A stretch of DNA of 64,000 bases, taken from positions 253,084,001 through 253,148,000 of the forward strand of contig OZ024741.1 in the NCBI GenBank assembly GCA_964016885.1. The letters are read 5' to 3'. Position numbers and translations under genes: made by a program. The stretch comes from Eledone cirrhosa. Lineage: Eukaryota. The notes beneath the pieces are model-generated. The model was not told where the DNA came from. It was given only the letters and a program-made list of their open reading frames with translations, and searched no databases. The first letter of the stretch is position 1. Each line of letters starts with the position of its first letter. This document shows, in pieces, positions 39,901-53,171 of the stretch.

Positions 39901-40201
39901 TGAGAGAGAGAGAGGAGAGAGAGATGAAGTCTGTACCTTACGTTTACATGATTTTCGTTCGGACAGCAGGCAAAGAAATGAAATTTGGCGAAGTGAATTC
40001 CTATCATATATTTATAGGGAGAGAGAGAGAGAGAGAGAGAGAGTGCGAGGGTAGGGGGCCACATGATGGCTGTGGGTGTTAGGCGTTTGACCGCCCCGTG
40101 CCTTCGAAGAAGGAAGAAGGAAAGGATTTTGCTTTTTTTGGGGTTTGAAAATACGTTAGGAATTAAGGTTTGAAAATAGCTAGCAAGAAGGTAATGATTG
40201 A
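36999..40201. repeat. Tandem array: 7 x 454 bp plus a ~25-bp partial unit at the LINE 5' end
   Basis: TAGCTAGCAAGAAGG recurs at 36999, 37453 ... 40177. Identical small ORFs occur every 454 bp. Confidence 0.97.
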
Positions 40202-40248
40202 TATATATATATATATATATATGTTTGTGTGTGTGTGTACTTCTACAG

Positions 40249-40280
<32 letters not shown>

Positions 40281-40619
40281 TTATAGAAAGAGTGAGAGAG
40301 AGCAAATGCCATGATAAAATACACCCAGTGCACTCTGAAAATGTTATATGTTATAATGGGCTGTTATATCTGGCTGTAGAAATCATACAAAATTATGACA
40401 TAAGAGTAATATGTGTTCTTATATAAATACTGTTAATAATATTTATTCTCAGATACAGAAAAAGAAAAAGAAAATACATTTTTATCTTGGTTAAATATTT
40501 ACTGAAAAATCATAAATATTACAAAATTTTAATAGTTATAGCATTAAAATAAGTTATAGATGTACATGTAATTTGATTACAGAAGCAACAAATATTGTAA
40601 AAAATATTAAACACCTATC

Positions 40620-41050
40620 TACATCTAATTCTTCTTGTTAATGCAATCATTTTAACCTCACAAAGTTCTTATTACATAATTTATGTCCTTCAAAATAGAT
40701 GATTTTTGTGCTTACATGCAATTTTTTGGATTCTAATGATATCATATTAACTGTGCATCACTTACATTTAGATACAATCAACATAATCATACTTTTCCAA
40801 ATCTTGAGCGGTTTTCGTTACAAATTTATCAAAATACATAAGATATCTATGACATAATATAAGTATGTATATAAACATTTAAATGACTATGTGGAACATG
40901 CCAAGTGATATAATCAGAGTAATGATGGTTGTAATCTTTGTATGTCAGAAAATATAAATATATTGTATGATATGATTTCTATTTTAAACCTTTTTTCAGA
41001 TCAAACTGTCATTCGTCTTTGGCGTGAAATGCCTGCTTGCCCAATATAAT
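40620..41050 (+). pseudogene. Highly decayed Hydra-like PLE endonuclease fragment
   Basis: Remnants FRYNQHNHTF (~40768), TNLSKYI (~40820) and GCNLCMSE (~40927) parallel RWYNHRNSF, TRLADLIW and CRLCLAEA in the PLE at 8294-8869. Confidence 0.5.
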
Positions 41051-41894
41051 GTTTGTGACAACCTTTAACACTTAATAATGTATAATAGATTTTCAGGGTT
41101 GCAAGAGAAGTCATTTTTAATTTTAGAGACAGGACTCTCTTTGAAATGAAACTTGTTGCCTTTTATCAGATTGTTGCGTACTCTTCAGTGAGGTCAATTG
41201 CACCTTTTCAGTTCAGTATCTTTTTCAGTGATTTTAGTTGTCGTTTACTTTTTATGATTGAGCGTTTTTGAAAGATGTTTCATTTTTTTGTCCTCTAGTG
41301 AGATAGGTAAGTTTAGTGGAATATTGTGTATATCTTTATCTTCTTTGGATTGAAAGTTGAAATGTATGGTATGACCTTTTTGTTTCTCGAAAATGAATGA
41401 CAGTTCAGTGTCAACAAATCAGAAACCCACACACCAGAAGGATTCCGCTAAGCCAACATATAGAGGAATATAGAGGACGAATTCTGCTAAATTTCATTAT
41501 CTTCCCATTCTACTAGTATAGTGAAAATTTTACTCAGGATAAATGGATTAGTAAAGAAAGATTTTTCACAAGTAAATTCAAAACAAAACTCAATTTTTTA
41601 CACAAGAAAAAAACATAATCGGCCCTTGTAATGAACCATATTCTCCTCGATATAAGCAACAAAGATAAAACCCTTGTACTTAGGAAGAACACAAGTGCCC
41701 AAGGTTTTCGTTAGTCTTCGAAAGACTAGAACAAAAACCTTTTGAAAAGGCTTCAAACACAGACGAAACTGGTTAAAGTAAATAAATATAAAAAAAGTCA
41801 TAAAATTACTTGACACATGAATACAGAAACCTCCTAAACAATCAAAAGGTCACTCAGTAAACTTTTCAAACCTTATTTTTGTTTTTCCATATGT

Positions 41895-42545
41895 TTTGCC
41901 TCTCATCTCTTACTCCTTTGGACAGCGTTTGGCTGTCAGGCGCTATGACCCTGGATGGACCAGCAGTACCGTTGGCAGGGGTCAAAACTGCACAAATCAA
42001 TCTAAACGGCAGATGACCATGGAATTCTATGTCCTTCGTTTGTATATTTATTTTTAAAAAGTAAATTTTTTAAGGTTTTCCGTTAAAAAATTGTTTTTCA
42101 TTTTGTTTTGTTTCCGTTCATTGTCTTATCCTTTTCTTTTTTGATAATTTTCTTACATTTATTTACTAATGTGACAAACGTTTTTATCTATTCTCCATTT
42201 ATTGTGATCGCTTACATTTTCTAACACGATATCTTACTTTCTTCTTCTTGCTTTTTTTTCTGCTTTTCTTTTTCCTTTGTTTCATTTATGTTTCACGTGC
42301 TATAAGAGGCACCAGACATTTTCCCTAAAGTCACACAAACTTCTCTGTGCTTCGTAGCTTAATGACTATAAAGTAATGTTTTGACTCTCATCTCTTACTC
42401 CTTTGGACAGCGTTTGGCTTATGTCAGGCACTGTTATCCCAGATTGACCAGCAGTAGTGTTGGTAGCGGTCGAAACTGCTCAAGTCCATCTCAACAACCG
42501 ATGATCATAGAGTTCTATGTCTTTCGTTTGTATATTTATATAGAT
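41895..42545 (+). repeat. Diverged ~150-bp direct repeats ~485 bp apart
   Basis: TCTCATCTCTTACTCCTTTGGACAGCGTTTGGCT at ~41901 and ~42386. The second copy has GGTC GAAAC..GTC. Confidence 0.65.
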
Positions 42546-42932
42546 GCTGGTATTAGTTGTATGAGTTGTCACATTTTGAGAGCAGACAGCTCTGAAAACC
42601 ATATCTTGGTCATAGTTTCTATGGCTGGAAGCCTTTCCTAAATCCAACCACTTTACAGTATGCTTTGAAACCGGGATAAACACTGGCCTAATCAGCCTTC
42701 TGAATTAAGACAGACTTTAGGTAAATTGTGCTAGAAGTGTACAAGAATGCATCAAATGGTCAAACATTAAATGAAGGAACACTGAATATAAATGAACAGA
42801 ATATAAGATCATTTTTTAAAGAAAAAGCTGGCAGTGTTTTAATAATGCTATTCCTTCAGACTGCAATCTGAAGAGGCACCATCACTCAAGATACTGCCAC
42901 TACATATATATATATATGTATATATATATATA

Positions 42933-43298
42933 AACGGAAAAAATGAAACGAAATTTCATTTCCCACTCTTAGTACGGCTGTTACTTAAATATAAGTATGT
43001 ACACGTACATACATATATGTATACAGACGTACAGTAGTATGTATATATATATATACATACATGCACACATATATATATATGTATGTATGGATTCACCGAA
43101 CATTTATTATAATGCTCGGTGTGTTTGTAAACAAACATCCCATATTAAGCCGTAGTGTCCAGCAACCATCGTTGGTCGTTTGTTCAACACTATTATAATA
43201 GATGTTCGGTGAATCCATACGTACATATATATATGTGTGCATGTATGTATATATATATATACATACTACTGTACGTCTTTATACATATATGTATGTAC

Positions 43299-43308
<10 letters not shown>
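42933..43308. mobile_element. Fold-back family K, copy 2
   Basis: Arms ~42995-43112 and ~43192-43308; same tail as 31685. Confidence 0.82.
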
Positions 43309-43330
<22 letters not shown>

Positions 43331-43341
43331 GCATATGTATA

Positions 43342-43690
43342 TCATCATCATTTTTTCATCATTTCATTTTACGTCCGCTTTTTCCCTGCTTGCAAGGGTG
43401 GGATGGGAACTGATTCTGGCTTGATTTCTACAGCTGGATGCCCTTTCTAACACGAACCTCATTTACAGTGAGTGCTGGGTGCTTTTTTGCCGTGGCACCT
43501 CCACGACCACTTTGCAGTGGAATGATAGGGACCCAGCCCCCCATCATCTCATTTCTACAGCTGAGTAAACTGGAGCAATGTGAAATAAAGTGTCTTGCTC
43601 AAGGAAACAACACATCACCCGGTCTGAGAATTGAACTCACAACCTTTCGATTGCAAGGCCAATGCTCTAACCACTAAGCCATGTGCCTCC
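43342..43690 (-). mobile_element. Full-length SINE family 1
   Basis: GGAGGCACATGGCTTAGTGG head, B-box and RTE-like 3' end. Confidence 0.88.
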
Positions 43691-44668
43691 ATATATATAT
43701 ATAAAATATAACCGGTTTCGATGTATCAGTATAATCCATCTCATCAAATGTTGAATGTTACAATTAAAAAGCAGATGGACATTAAAGAATGATGATGATG
43801 ATGATATAAATATACACAATAGCTTATAATAATTTTCAGTCGAAATGTATCAACCCTAAATGTATTAACCATATATATTCATATGGATGCATAATATATG
43901 TATATTTAATGAGATATGCATATGAAAGTATATGCATATGCACAATTATTCATATACGAGATATATATATATATGTGTGTGGGAGTATATAATATACATA
44001 TATATATGTATATTTGTGTGCATGTGTACATATGTATGTATATATATATACATATATGTATGTATATATATATCTGTGAGTATATAATATACATATATAT
44101 ATATATGTATATATGTCTCTGTGTGTAAATATGTATATACATATATATGTGTGTGTGTGTGCATATATATATATATATATATATGCATGACAGTGTATGT
44201 GTATATATATGCATGACAGTGTATGTGTGTGTGAATGTGTGTGTATGTGTGTGTGTGTGTGTGTGAATGTGTGTGTGTGTGCGTGAATGTGTGTGTGTGT
44301 GAATGTGTGTGTGTGTGTGTGTCTATAGATTTGTCTCTATATGTGTGTATAGATGAAGAAAGTTGAAATTAGCACTTATTCAATTTATGTATTCTGAAAT
44401 TGCAACTGGGAATCCATGAGAGATTCTAAACTGATTATTGTGATAAGAGAGAACACTCTGGAATGATAACAGTTCACAGAGTTGACTTATGTCAGTCACA
44501 TGACACTAATTAACCAATGAGAAGCTGTATGCAAAAGCTGTGCTGTATGTTAATTGCTAACCTTCTTGCAACATTATCTGCAAAGTCTATCTCTCTCTCA
44601 TTTGCTATATCCTATCTCTTTCTAAAAGTCTTTCATATATATATTTATATATATATATATACATATAT

Positions 44669-44750
<82 letters not shown>

Positions 44751-45405
44751 TATATATTTATATATATGTGTATATATATATATGGGTGTGTCTATCCTTG
44801 TCGTTCATTTGTTCTCTTTTTCTACCCTCTCTCTCATTCACTCTCTTCCCCCTCTTTCTCTCTTCTCTCCCTCTCTCTGTCACTCTCTTGCTCTTGGTCC
44901 CTCGTTCCTTTCCTGATCTAACAACATTTAAATTGCATACAAACTGAATATGAGATGCCTTCTTCATATCCCCCACACCCATTTCACCACCTCAGTCCCC
45001 ACCCACACCTCAACTTACCTGGCCGCCATCAACCCCTCCATCGACATTCTATTTCCTTATGAATTCATTCCAAAAGTAATGCAATTTACACATCAAGGCT
45101 TAACGATGATGACTGCATCATAGATATTCTACTTAAATGAGGCCATTTCAAATAGATTTATACATATCCATATCCACATACACCCCCATACAACCCCCTC
45201 CACATGCACACACACACATATATATATATGAAGGTAGTTAATATCTACTACATACTCTACAACTCTAAGAATGAGAGAACTCTATGCATTTGTAGAGTAA
45301 AAATTTTATGGTGTGAATTTGAAGATTCAATGTCTTAAAATGATCAGTGATTGCTTCATAGGTGGGAATCTTTGTACTCACTCACACACACAGTGGTATA
45401 TACAT

Positions 45406-45451
<46 letters not shown>

Positions 45452-45604
45452 TATCAAAATGTTCTCCCTTGCAGCTGAGCTCTTGATTACACTTTACTTT
45501 CTTAAGTATTCAGTACTAAATTGAGCAATGGTCTTACTAGTCTTAACTAGTAACACCCCATATATATATATAGAGAGAGAGAGAGAGGGAGAGAGAGAGA
45601 GTAA

Positions 45605-47480
45605 AATAAGATAACAAGGATGATTGTTACTCCTTCATTATGTTTATTGGTTGGTGACTCGCGTTTCGCCACTGATCAGCTCAAGGTTCAATCTGTATCG
45701 ATCTGACCAGACTCTATAATCTGCAGCTCATCAGACCCCTTGTAATGTTAATAGAAAAAGGAATACATGCTGTATGATAAAGTCAGAAGTTCCTATGGTG
45801 GTCATTAAAGTTTGTTTTGATTGGTGGATTAATTCATAGGGATGTTTTTGCCTGTAGTGTATGTATGGGTGGGTGTGGTGATAAGTTGGTGGTGATGGTC
45901 GCAGGTTGAAGCGGGTGGTAGGGTGGGCGTGCTGGTTGTCGGTAAACAGGTTTGGCATGTAGATGTGGCTGATTTTTGTGTGTGGTGTGGGTGTGGTGTT
46001 GTTGTTTGTGATAAAAATGAAAGGTTGCAGAGTTAAAAGTGTTTCCTGCAGAGTGTCCACCCTGTCGGAAATAAGAACTATCTTCAACCAGCATGCGGAA
46101 TACTATAACTCCACACTTGAAAAGGTTGGTTACAATGAGAAGATAACTTACAATGACCCAACCCTTAGAATCGCATATAGACAAGGACACCACACCTAGA
46201 ACAAATACTAACCAAAGACCACCCTTAGCCGGAAGGACAGGCAGCGTTACACACAACTGCCAAGGAGATAAAGCTATACTCTCCAACCCCAGTAAGGACT
46301 CTGAATATCGCACACTTAGTAATAGAGACCCGAGACTTAACACCAATAGAATACCAGGAACCCCATGACAAATACGCCTAACCAAAACACACCCACACAA
46401 CCTCTAAACCACAACAACCACACTAACACCGTAAAGCCCAAAGCAGACCCATGACATGGTACAATGCCCCGTACTCTATACACGTTGCCACCAATATACC
46501 AGGAATCTTCTTCAGAGCTCTTGACCAATCCTTCCCACCCACACATAAATACCACAAGCTCTTTAATAGGCACACAGTAAAATTCTCCTTCTCCACAGCA
46601 CCAAATCTAGGCGACACGATAGCACACACTAATAGGACAAAAATACGCAAACACATGGTAGCTCCACAACAAATCACTAGCACAACCCAGAAAGAAACCA
46701 CACACACAACACAACTCAACAACCCACATGCCAGCTCCACACAGAATACAAACAACCGACAACGTAACAACAAACCCATAACCCCCAACTGCAACTGCAA
46801 AAAGCGGGTAGAATGCCCACTAAACGGAGAGTGCCTCATTAAAAACATTATTTACTGGTGCGATGTCACAGCTAGCCGAAAAGAGTACTCCTACATAGAG
46901 GCAACCTCGACTATGTTTAAGGAGCGCTGGTATAACCACAAAAGCTCCTTTAAACAGAGGCCCAAATGATCCTAAACAAGACTGGCAGAATTGATCTGGG
47001 ACCTCAAAGACAAGAACATCGAATACCAGATCAAATGGTCAGTTAAAAGACGCGTGGCCCAACTCCCCAGCGACAAAAACCACTGCAGGTTATGCCTAGC
47101 TGAGGCGGCTGAGATCATTAAATTGAAATCAGCCATAAACTCAAGATCTGACATAATTATAAACTGTAGACACACCAGGATGACCACCTTCTCTGCATAA
47201 ACATTTGGCTAAGGGCCACCCACTAACCCTGACTCAACATAGGGATAACCACCTTTGCCTTGCCACACCATCCCTCATCCCAGTACATTTGTCTTCTATA
47301 ACATGTAACCCATTGTAAGATCAGATTTTGTAAATATCATGGTGCACCCATCACCCCCACCACCACCGCCACCAACAGACACATCGCCATACATCCCTCA
47401 TCTCAGTACCATTGTGTTCTACCTGTCCTCTTTGTCAGGTTTTAACTTGTAACCCATCGTAACATCCGATCCTGTAAATA
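45605..47480. mobile_element. Hydra-like PLE copy with an inverted structure
   Basis: 45605-46040 is the 3' end on the minus strand (homologous to ~6197-6690). 46041-47480 is the thumb, EN and UTR on the plus strand (CNCKKRVECPLNGEC, NIIY..YSYI, CRLCLAEA). Confidence 0.88.
45653..45737 (-). ncRNA. Type I hammerhead ribozyme at the PLE 3' end
   Basis: Minus strand: GGT CTGATGA GCTGC ... GTGGC GAAAC GCGA GTC ACC. Confidence 0.8.
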
Positions 47481-47484
47481 TAAC

Positions 47485-47581
47485 GTACTCAAGCAAGTTA
47501 TATATACTGTGAATGTTTAGAATATTGTTTGCATAATATTTTGTATTATACATTCACAGTATATATAACTTGCTTGTGTAC
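47485..47581. repeat. Short inverted repeat
   Basis: GTACTCAAGCAAGTTATATATACTGTGAATGT vs ACATTCACAGTATATATAACTTGCTTGTGTAC. Confidence 0.75.
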
Positions 47582-47744
47582 ACACACGGTGCCTTGTGTC
47601 CACTCGATATGAAACCTGTCTCATGTGCATGGTTGATGTGCAGGTTCGAACCCAGTCCTTTGGATAGTCAGTCCTGTATCTTATACAAGCCTATGCATCA
47701 CAGTCTTCAAGTATTTTATGCAACTTTATGCAAATGTCAATAAT

Positions 47745-47925
47745 TGGTTCTACGTTAGGCACAAAGCCAGCAATTAACCAGTGTATTACTGGTACTTTAT
47801 TTTATCGACCCCGTAAGGATGAAAGGCAAAGTTAACCTCAGCGGGATTTGAACTCAGAATGGCAAGGGCCGTAACTCTATGCGTCAAAGCATGGCGTCCG
47901 ACAGTCTACCGATACTGCCAATCCA
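47745..47925 (-). mobile_element. SINE family 2
   Basis: Reverse complement of 13098-13275. TTATGCAAATGTCAATAAT occurs on both sides (~47726 and ~47930) and may be a target duplication. Confidence 0.8.
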
Positions 47926-48734
47926 CCTCTTATGCAAATGTCAATAATGTTTGGGTGGCATGAACAGATACTCCCTTTGCATCTTTTTCATGTATACATT
48001 CCTTTTTCCAGTATCTTATTTTATTTTATATTATTTTATTTTATCTGATGTACGTACACTCATTGTTATATATGTGCCCCCCACGTTATATGTGACTAGT
48101 ACATGGCTAATACGTAGATACTGCATTTATGCATATTGTGTGTGCACTTTCGGCCTAATAGGGGTTGAGTCCAAGCCTCAAGAACGTTGTCTCATATAAT
48201 ATTGTATGCACCATGTGCACAGTTGCGTGTGTGTTTGTGTGGATGTGTGCGTATTCATCAAGTATAGGCTTTTTTTTGAGAGGTATAGGCATGCCCATGT
48301 GCATGCCTATGCACAGGTACACGTATGCATGTGTGTGCATGCATACACGCATACCGGCATCTGTATGCATGTCCGGGTGTATCTCATTGCATGAACATGT
48401 CTGTTTAGGTGTATGCATATCTATTTGTAGATTCTCAATGTTTTCATCTGTATGTGTGCGCAGCGTCTTAAGTATATATGATTCACTGAGTACAGTGTGT
48501 GTGTGTGTGTGTGTGGATATGTGTATACTTATCAAAGATACCTTTGAAATAATTTTTTTGAAGGGCTCTTCCAAGCATTCTTTTAAAGACGTTCTTTTTA
48601 TAGGGTTTTCTTTTTGAAATGTGGGTTTTTTAAGGTATTCTGAGGGTGTGTTTTTATGAAACATCTTTTTAAATGTTTTTTTTAATGGTTTTTCTTTCTA
48701 AGTATTTGCTACACATTTAATATTTAATATTTAC

Positions 48735-49329
48735 TGTGATTGTCACATATAAGACAGTTGCGGGTGTGTATCTGATTGGTGTGGGTGTATAAGTGCCCAT
48801 ACCTAACACGGCTGCACCATACATGGACATGGGTGTGGGAGCCTACAGGCCGGCAGGGCTGCGACAAGACGCAACCGGTTCAATCATACAACCCCTTACC
48901 CCCTACAATAGTAATCCCGATATAAGAAACAATTTTGATTGACAGGTGGCAATTGAAAGGAACCAAATGTACGACGGCCGTGAGTGGCCAAAAATAGCGA
49001 TGACGTGTACAATTCTTGACCACTCATAGAATGAAAACAACAGAATCTAAGCTGCCGAGTGAAGGCCACAGGTGTAACTGGACATTTGGAAACTCTGCTT
49101 CGTAGAATCGAGACAAATCCGAGGATCTTGCGATTTCAGAGTCAGGTTTGATCATTGCATCGATCGTGCCTCGAGCTGGTCGCCAGAGAAACGATTGTAA
49201 TATATCTAATAAATCTTATTCGTCGCACCACTGATTCTCCGTTTCTTATGTGATATTATACTCTGCTCTGTAAGAGTATCGAGTGCTCAAACGGCCTACC
49301 GCTTACGGACACTTTAAGCATCCCACACC

Positions 49330-49333
<4 letters not shown>
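48735..49333 (+). mobile_element. CpG-rich non-coding element ending in (TA)n, with a degenerate hammerhead
   Basis: AGGTGTAA CTGGACA TTTGG ... CCAGA GAAAC GATT GTA ATATATCT (49070-49207), then AATAAA and a tail. Confidence 0.45.
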
Positions 49334-49384
<51 letters not shown>

Positions 49385-50214
49385 ATTATTATCATGGTTT
49401 AACATCCATTTTTCCACAGTACCATTGGTTAGACAAGTTTTTTCATTGTGAGACAAGCCACATCAGATGACTGTGTCTTGCTCATACAGAACTGATTCTG
49501 GCTGGATTTCTATGGCCTTCCTATTGCCAATCACATTTCTATTGTGGACAAGGGGATTTTTATCAAGACACTAATTAACACCATTTAACATCTATTTTTC
49601 CTCGCTTGCATGGGTTAGACAGGTCGTCCACATTATGAGGCATGTCTGGCCAGTTGGCCACAATGTACCTTGCTGAAATGGATCTACAGTTTTGGTTGCC
49701 TTTTTTCACAGCTGGATGCTTTTCCTAACATGAACAACGTTTACAGTACTGGATTTTTTCTACCAATATATATGATAATATATCAATCATACCACATTTT
49801 TTCTATTAATATATATATAACACAATGCATATATATAATATACTAGAATTTTTTATCAATGCATATGACAATATATACTTTCTAAAAGATATTTTCTATC
49901 AGGACATATAACAATATATGCTATATATATTGCTTTTCTTTTCATCAATATATATATCATACTTGATACTTTTCTATCAACATATATAACAATATATACT
50001 TATATACTTTGTTTCTATTAACTATTTAATTGCCATATTTCTAATCAAATGCATTGCCTATAAATTTCAAATAATTTTGAAAATAATCAAGAATTTGAAA
50101 AGAGTTAGTAAACTTTGCCATCATTAAGCTGGTGTTTGGAGCACAACTTAACAAAAGTTATTTCGTAAAATTATGGTTTGAGATAAATCTAAACACTTCA
50201 AACAAACAGCTATA

Positions 50215-50547
50215 CAGTGGAACCTTGGTTCACGAACTCCATAAACAATAGTCCATAAACAATTTTTCTGAACATAAAATGTCTTGGTTCATGAACTGTG
50301 TCTTGAATAACAAAGACACAACCTGGCAACAATGGTCTGCAAAAAGCCTGGAGTATCGGTGGGAAAGCATCACTTGTTGTGTAGTTAGTTACTATAGTGA
50401 TATCTATCTATCTTTCACACACAGTCTCTCTCTCACTGTATTTCTCTCTCAACATTTAGTATGGGGAGAATAGTTTTGGTTTACAAACATTTCGATTGAC
50501 TAATGGCTTTGAGGAGTGAATTAAGTTCACAAACTGGGGTTCCACTG
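50215..50547. mobile_element. pogo/Tigger-type (Tc1-mariner) MITE
   Basis: TA|CAGTGGAACC ... GGTTCCACTG|TA, with ~24-bp imperfect TIRs. Confidence 0.8.
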
Positions 50548-50828
50548 TATATCATAGAATCTGGAGCTGTTTTAATTGATTTAGTATCAAAGAAAGTTTA
50601 ATATATATTTGTCAAAATATATTTTCAATTATGAAATATGATAGATATACCATATTAAAAAAAGCAATTATTTTTGAAAAAAAAACTAAAAGAGAAATCG
50701 ATGTATTTGTTTTGCAAGGTTTTTGATACAAAATTGTGTTGAAAACGATTTAGAAAAAATTTTAATCAAAATCAAAATGTTATCCCAAAGAGAGGAAATT
50801 GGAACATTATCCACTGAAAGTTCCTTGA

Positions 50829-50868
50829 ACCCTGATGAAGGGACTTTTAGGTCCAGAAATATTGGACA
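50829..50868 (+). ncRNA. Degenerate minimal hammerhead motif
   Basis: CC CTGATGA AG GGAC TTTTAG GTCC A GAAA TATT GG. The downstream sequence is shared with the element at 25688-25830. Confidence 0.45.
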
Positions 50869-52919
50869 TATACAACAACAACAACAACAACAATAACAAA
50901 GATTACCAGGTAACTTTTACTTGTTGTTACCTCATCTTACAAATCCATTTTGCATTGTTTAGCCTTCTATCTCTTTCAACATTATATATTATATACAATG
51001 CTTCAAGCAAACTATAACATCTTATTAAATATTTTTATATTTGGGGACCTTTTAGCATTTGGCTGCATTTGTTTAAGTTTTAAATTCAAATACCATTTTG
51101 GTCCATTTTGCATTTCATTCTTCAAAATCATTCAAGTAAGTACTTATATACTGAGGTTAATATGATTGACTATTGCTTTGAAATAGAAGCCCCAGTATGG
51201 TCATAGTCCAGTGAGTGAAACCAGTTTTATAGAATTAATTCCAGGCTTAATATAAATTTTGAAATTTATGCTAGAAATTCACTGGAATTCTTGTAAATAC
51301 TACTGGAAAATTCTTAAAACTTAAAAATAATCAAGATATAATCTTATAAATTAATCTATATGTTCTGAGAATGTCTTGCCTATGAAGACGCCTTGAAACT
51401 CTGAAATAAAACGGGTAAAGTCAATTTTTGAAATCAAACCAAGGAAACTATGTTTCTATTGATCTTTCCATTGCTGGTACAATCAATAAATCACAACTCC
51501 TGATGGAAGCATTGCTCTTTTCTAGTGTTAGGAAGAATTTGAACTCAGAATGCACAGAGACATAACAAATACCACAAAGTAGATGGTCTAACAATTCCAC
51601 CTAAACCTGCCACCTCTGAATTAGCACTATATTTATCAATTCCCAAATGATGAAAGTTAAAATAGACTATCAGTGTTGGGTAGATTGGAAATTTTTAGAA
51701 AATGCAGAAATCTCAAATGCTTAAAAAAGCTGTAACCACAGTCAGTTGCTATAAATAATCGAATAAAATGCTCCTATAGACAGAAAAAAATGACCATTGG
51801 CTGCTGACCACTTTTCTCCATCTATAGTGATATTTTACCCACATTTTAAGCTATTATTTATAGTAATTGACTGTGTTTACAGCTATTTTCTGCATTTGGG
51901 ATTCCTACATTTTCTAAGATGAAAGTCAAAGTTGAAGTTGACCTCTGAAGGGTTTTAACTCAGAATGTAGAGAACTGGAACAAACATAAAAAATCATTTA
52001 CTCCAATATGACATAGAAGCCCATTGACTCTGCCAAATGAAACACATGGAATTAATTATGATATTCTAAATATTTTTAGAATTTTTCACATTAATTACAC
52101 AAAAGCTAGCTTTCAACTTCTAGAAATTCTAAAAATATTAGAAAAGTTTTGATGAAGATTTCTGAAAATGTTTTTAGGATTTTCTAGAACTTCTGCCAAA
52201 ATTGTAGAAATATTTCATAGAAAATCTGTCAAATTTTTCAATACATGCCAGATAATTTTTCACAGCATATTTCTTGCAAACCATAAGTGAAAAATTATGA
52301 AACAAAATTTCTCAATTTTCATCAGCATCAATTTTTAGAAAGTATGTAAAGCATTTCTAAAAGCAATGAAACTCCAGAATAACATGCTAAAAAATTCTAG
52401 ATAGCTTTCAAAGAAATTCCTGGAAAAATGTGATATAAATTTCCAGAGAGAAAATTAAAATATTTAAAAATCTGCCAACTTGAATAATATGCCTTTCATT
52501 TAAAAAAAAATAATATTTCTATCATTTTGAGAGATTTGTTTAAAGATTTCAGGAATTCTAAAAATCTGAAAAAATATCTAAATCACTGTAAATTCAAAAA
52601 TGTTTGTACCCAAATTTATCAGTATCATACAACAGACATTAATTGGCAGAGTCATTAAAACATTGAATATAATGCTTCATGGTATTTGTTCTGGATCTCT
52701 GCTCTTTGTGTTCAAATCCTGCCACGGTCAACTTTGCCTTTCATGATTTCAAGGTTAAAAATGAAAAGTAGTTGTCCAGCACTGGGAGCAATTCTTCTAC
52801 AGTTCTCTCTCCTTTCCTCTCACCCTCTCCATCTCCTTCTCTGGAAGAAATTGGCTATGTTCAACCAATGTTAAATCATAGAGAGATAGGCTCCACCAGG
52901 TTTAAAGTGCTCAAACACA

Positions 52920-52975
<56 letters not shown>

Positions 52976-53171
52976 TAAAGGGGGCCACCCACATATAGAA
53001 AGCTATCATTTAATTTTTATAATGAATAAATAACATTTTCATAAAGTACACAAATGAATGCAAAGCTGCAATCAAATTTTTGTGGGGAAAAAATGTGTAT
53101 TTTTGACAAATTATAGTGTATACTAGCAGAATGGCCCGGCATTGCTTGGGATTTGTTCAACTGTCTGCCAC

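Larger units (their letters stand above)
33209..40201 (-). mobile_element. Full-length RTE-clade LINE inserted in (TA)n
   Basis: Uninterrupted ORF, a ~370-bp 3' UTR ending in (GAT)n, a 5' tandem array, and (TA)n on both flanks. Confidence 0.93.

Noticed and set aside
37104-40082. Repeated 78-aa and 66-aa ORFs; CRISPR-like periodicity
   Set aside because: By-products of the 454-bp array. There are no variable spacers, no cas genes and no recognisable domain.
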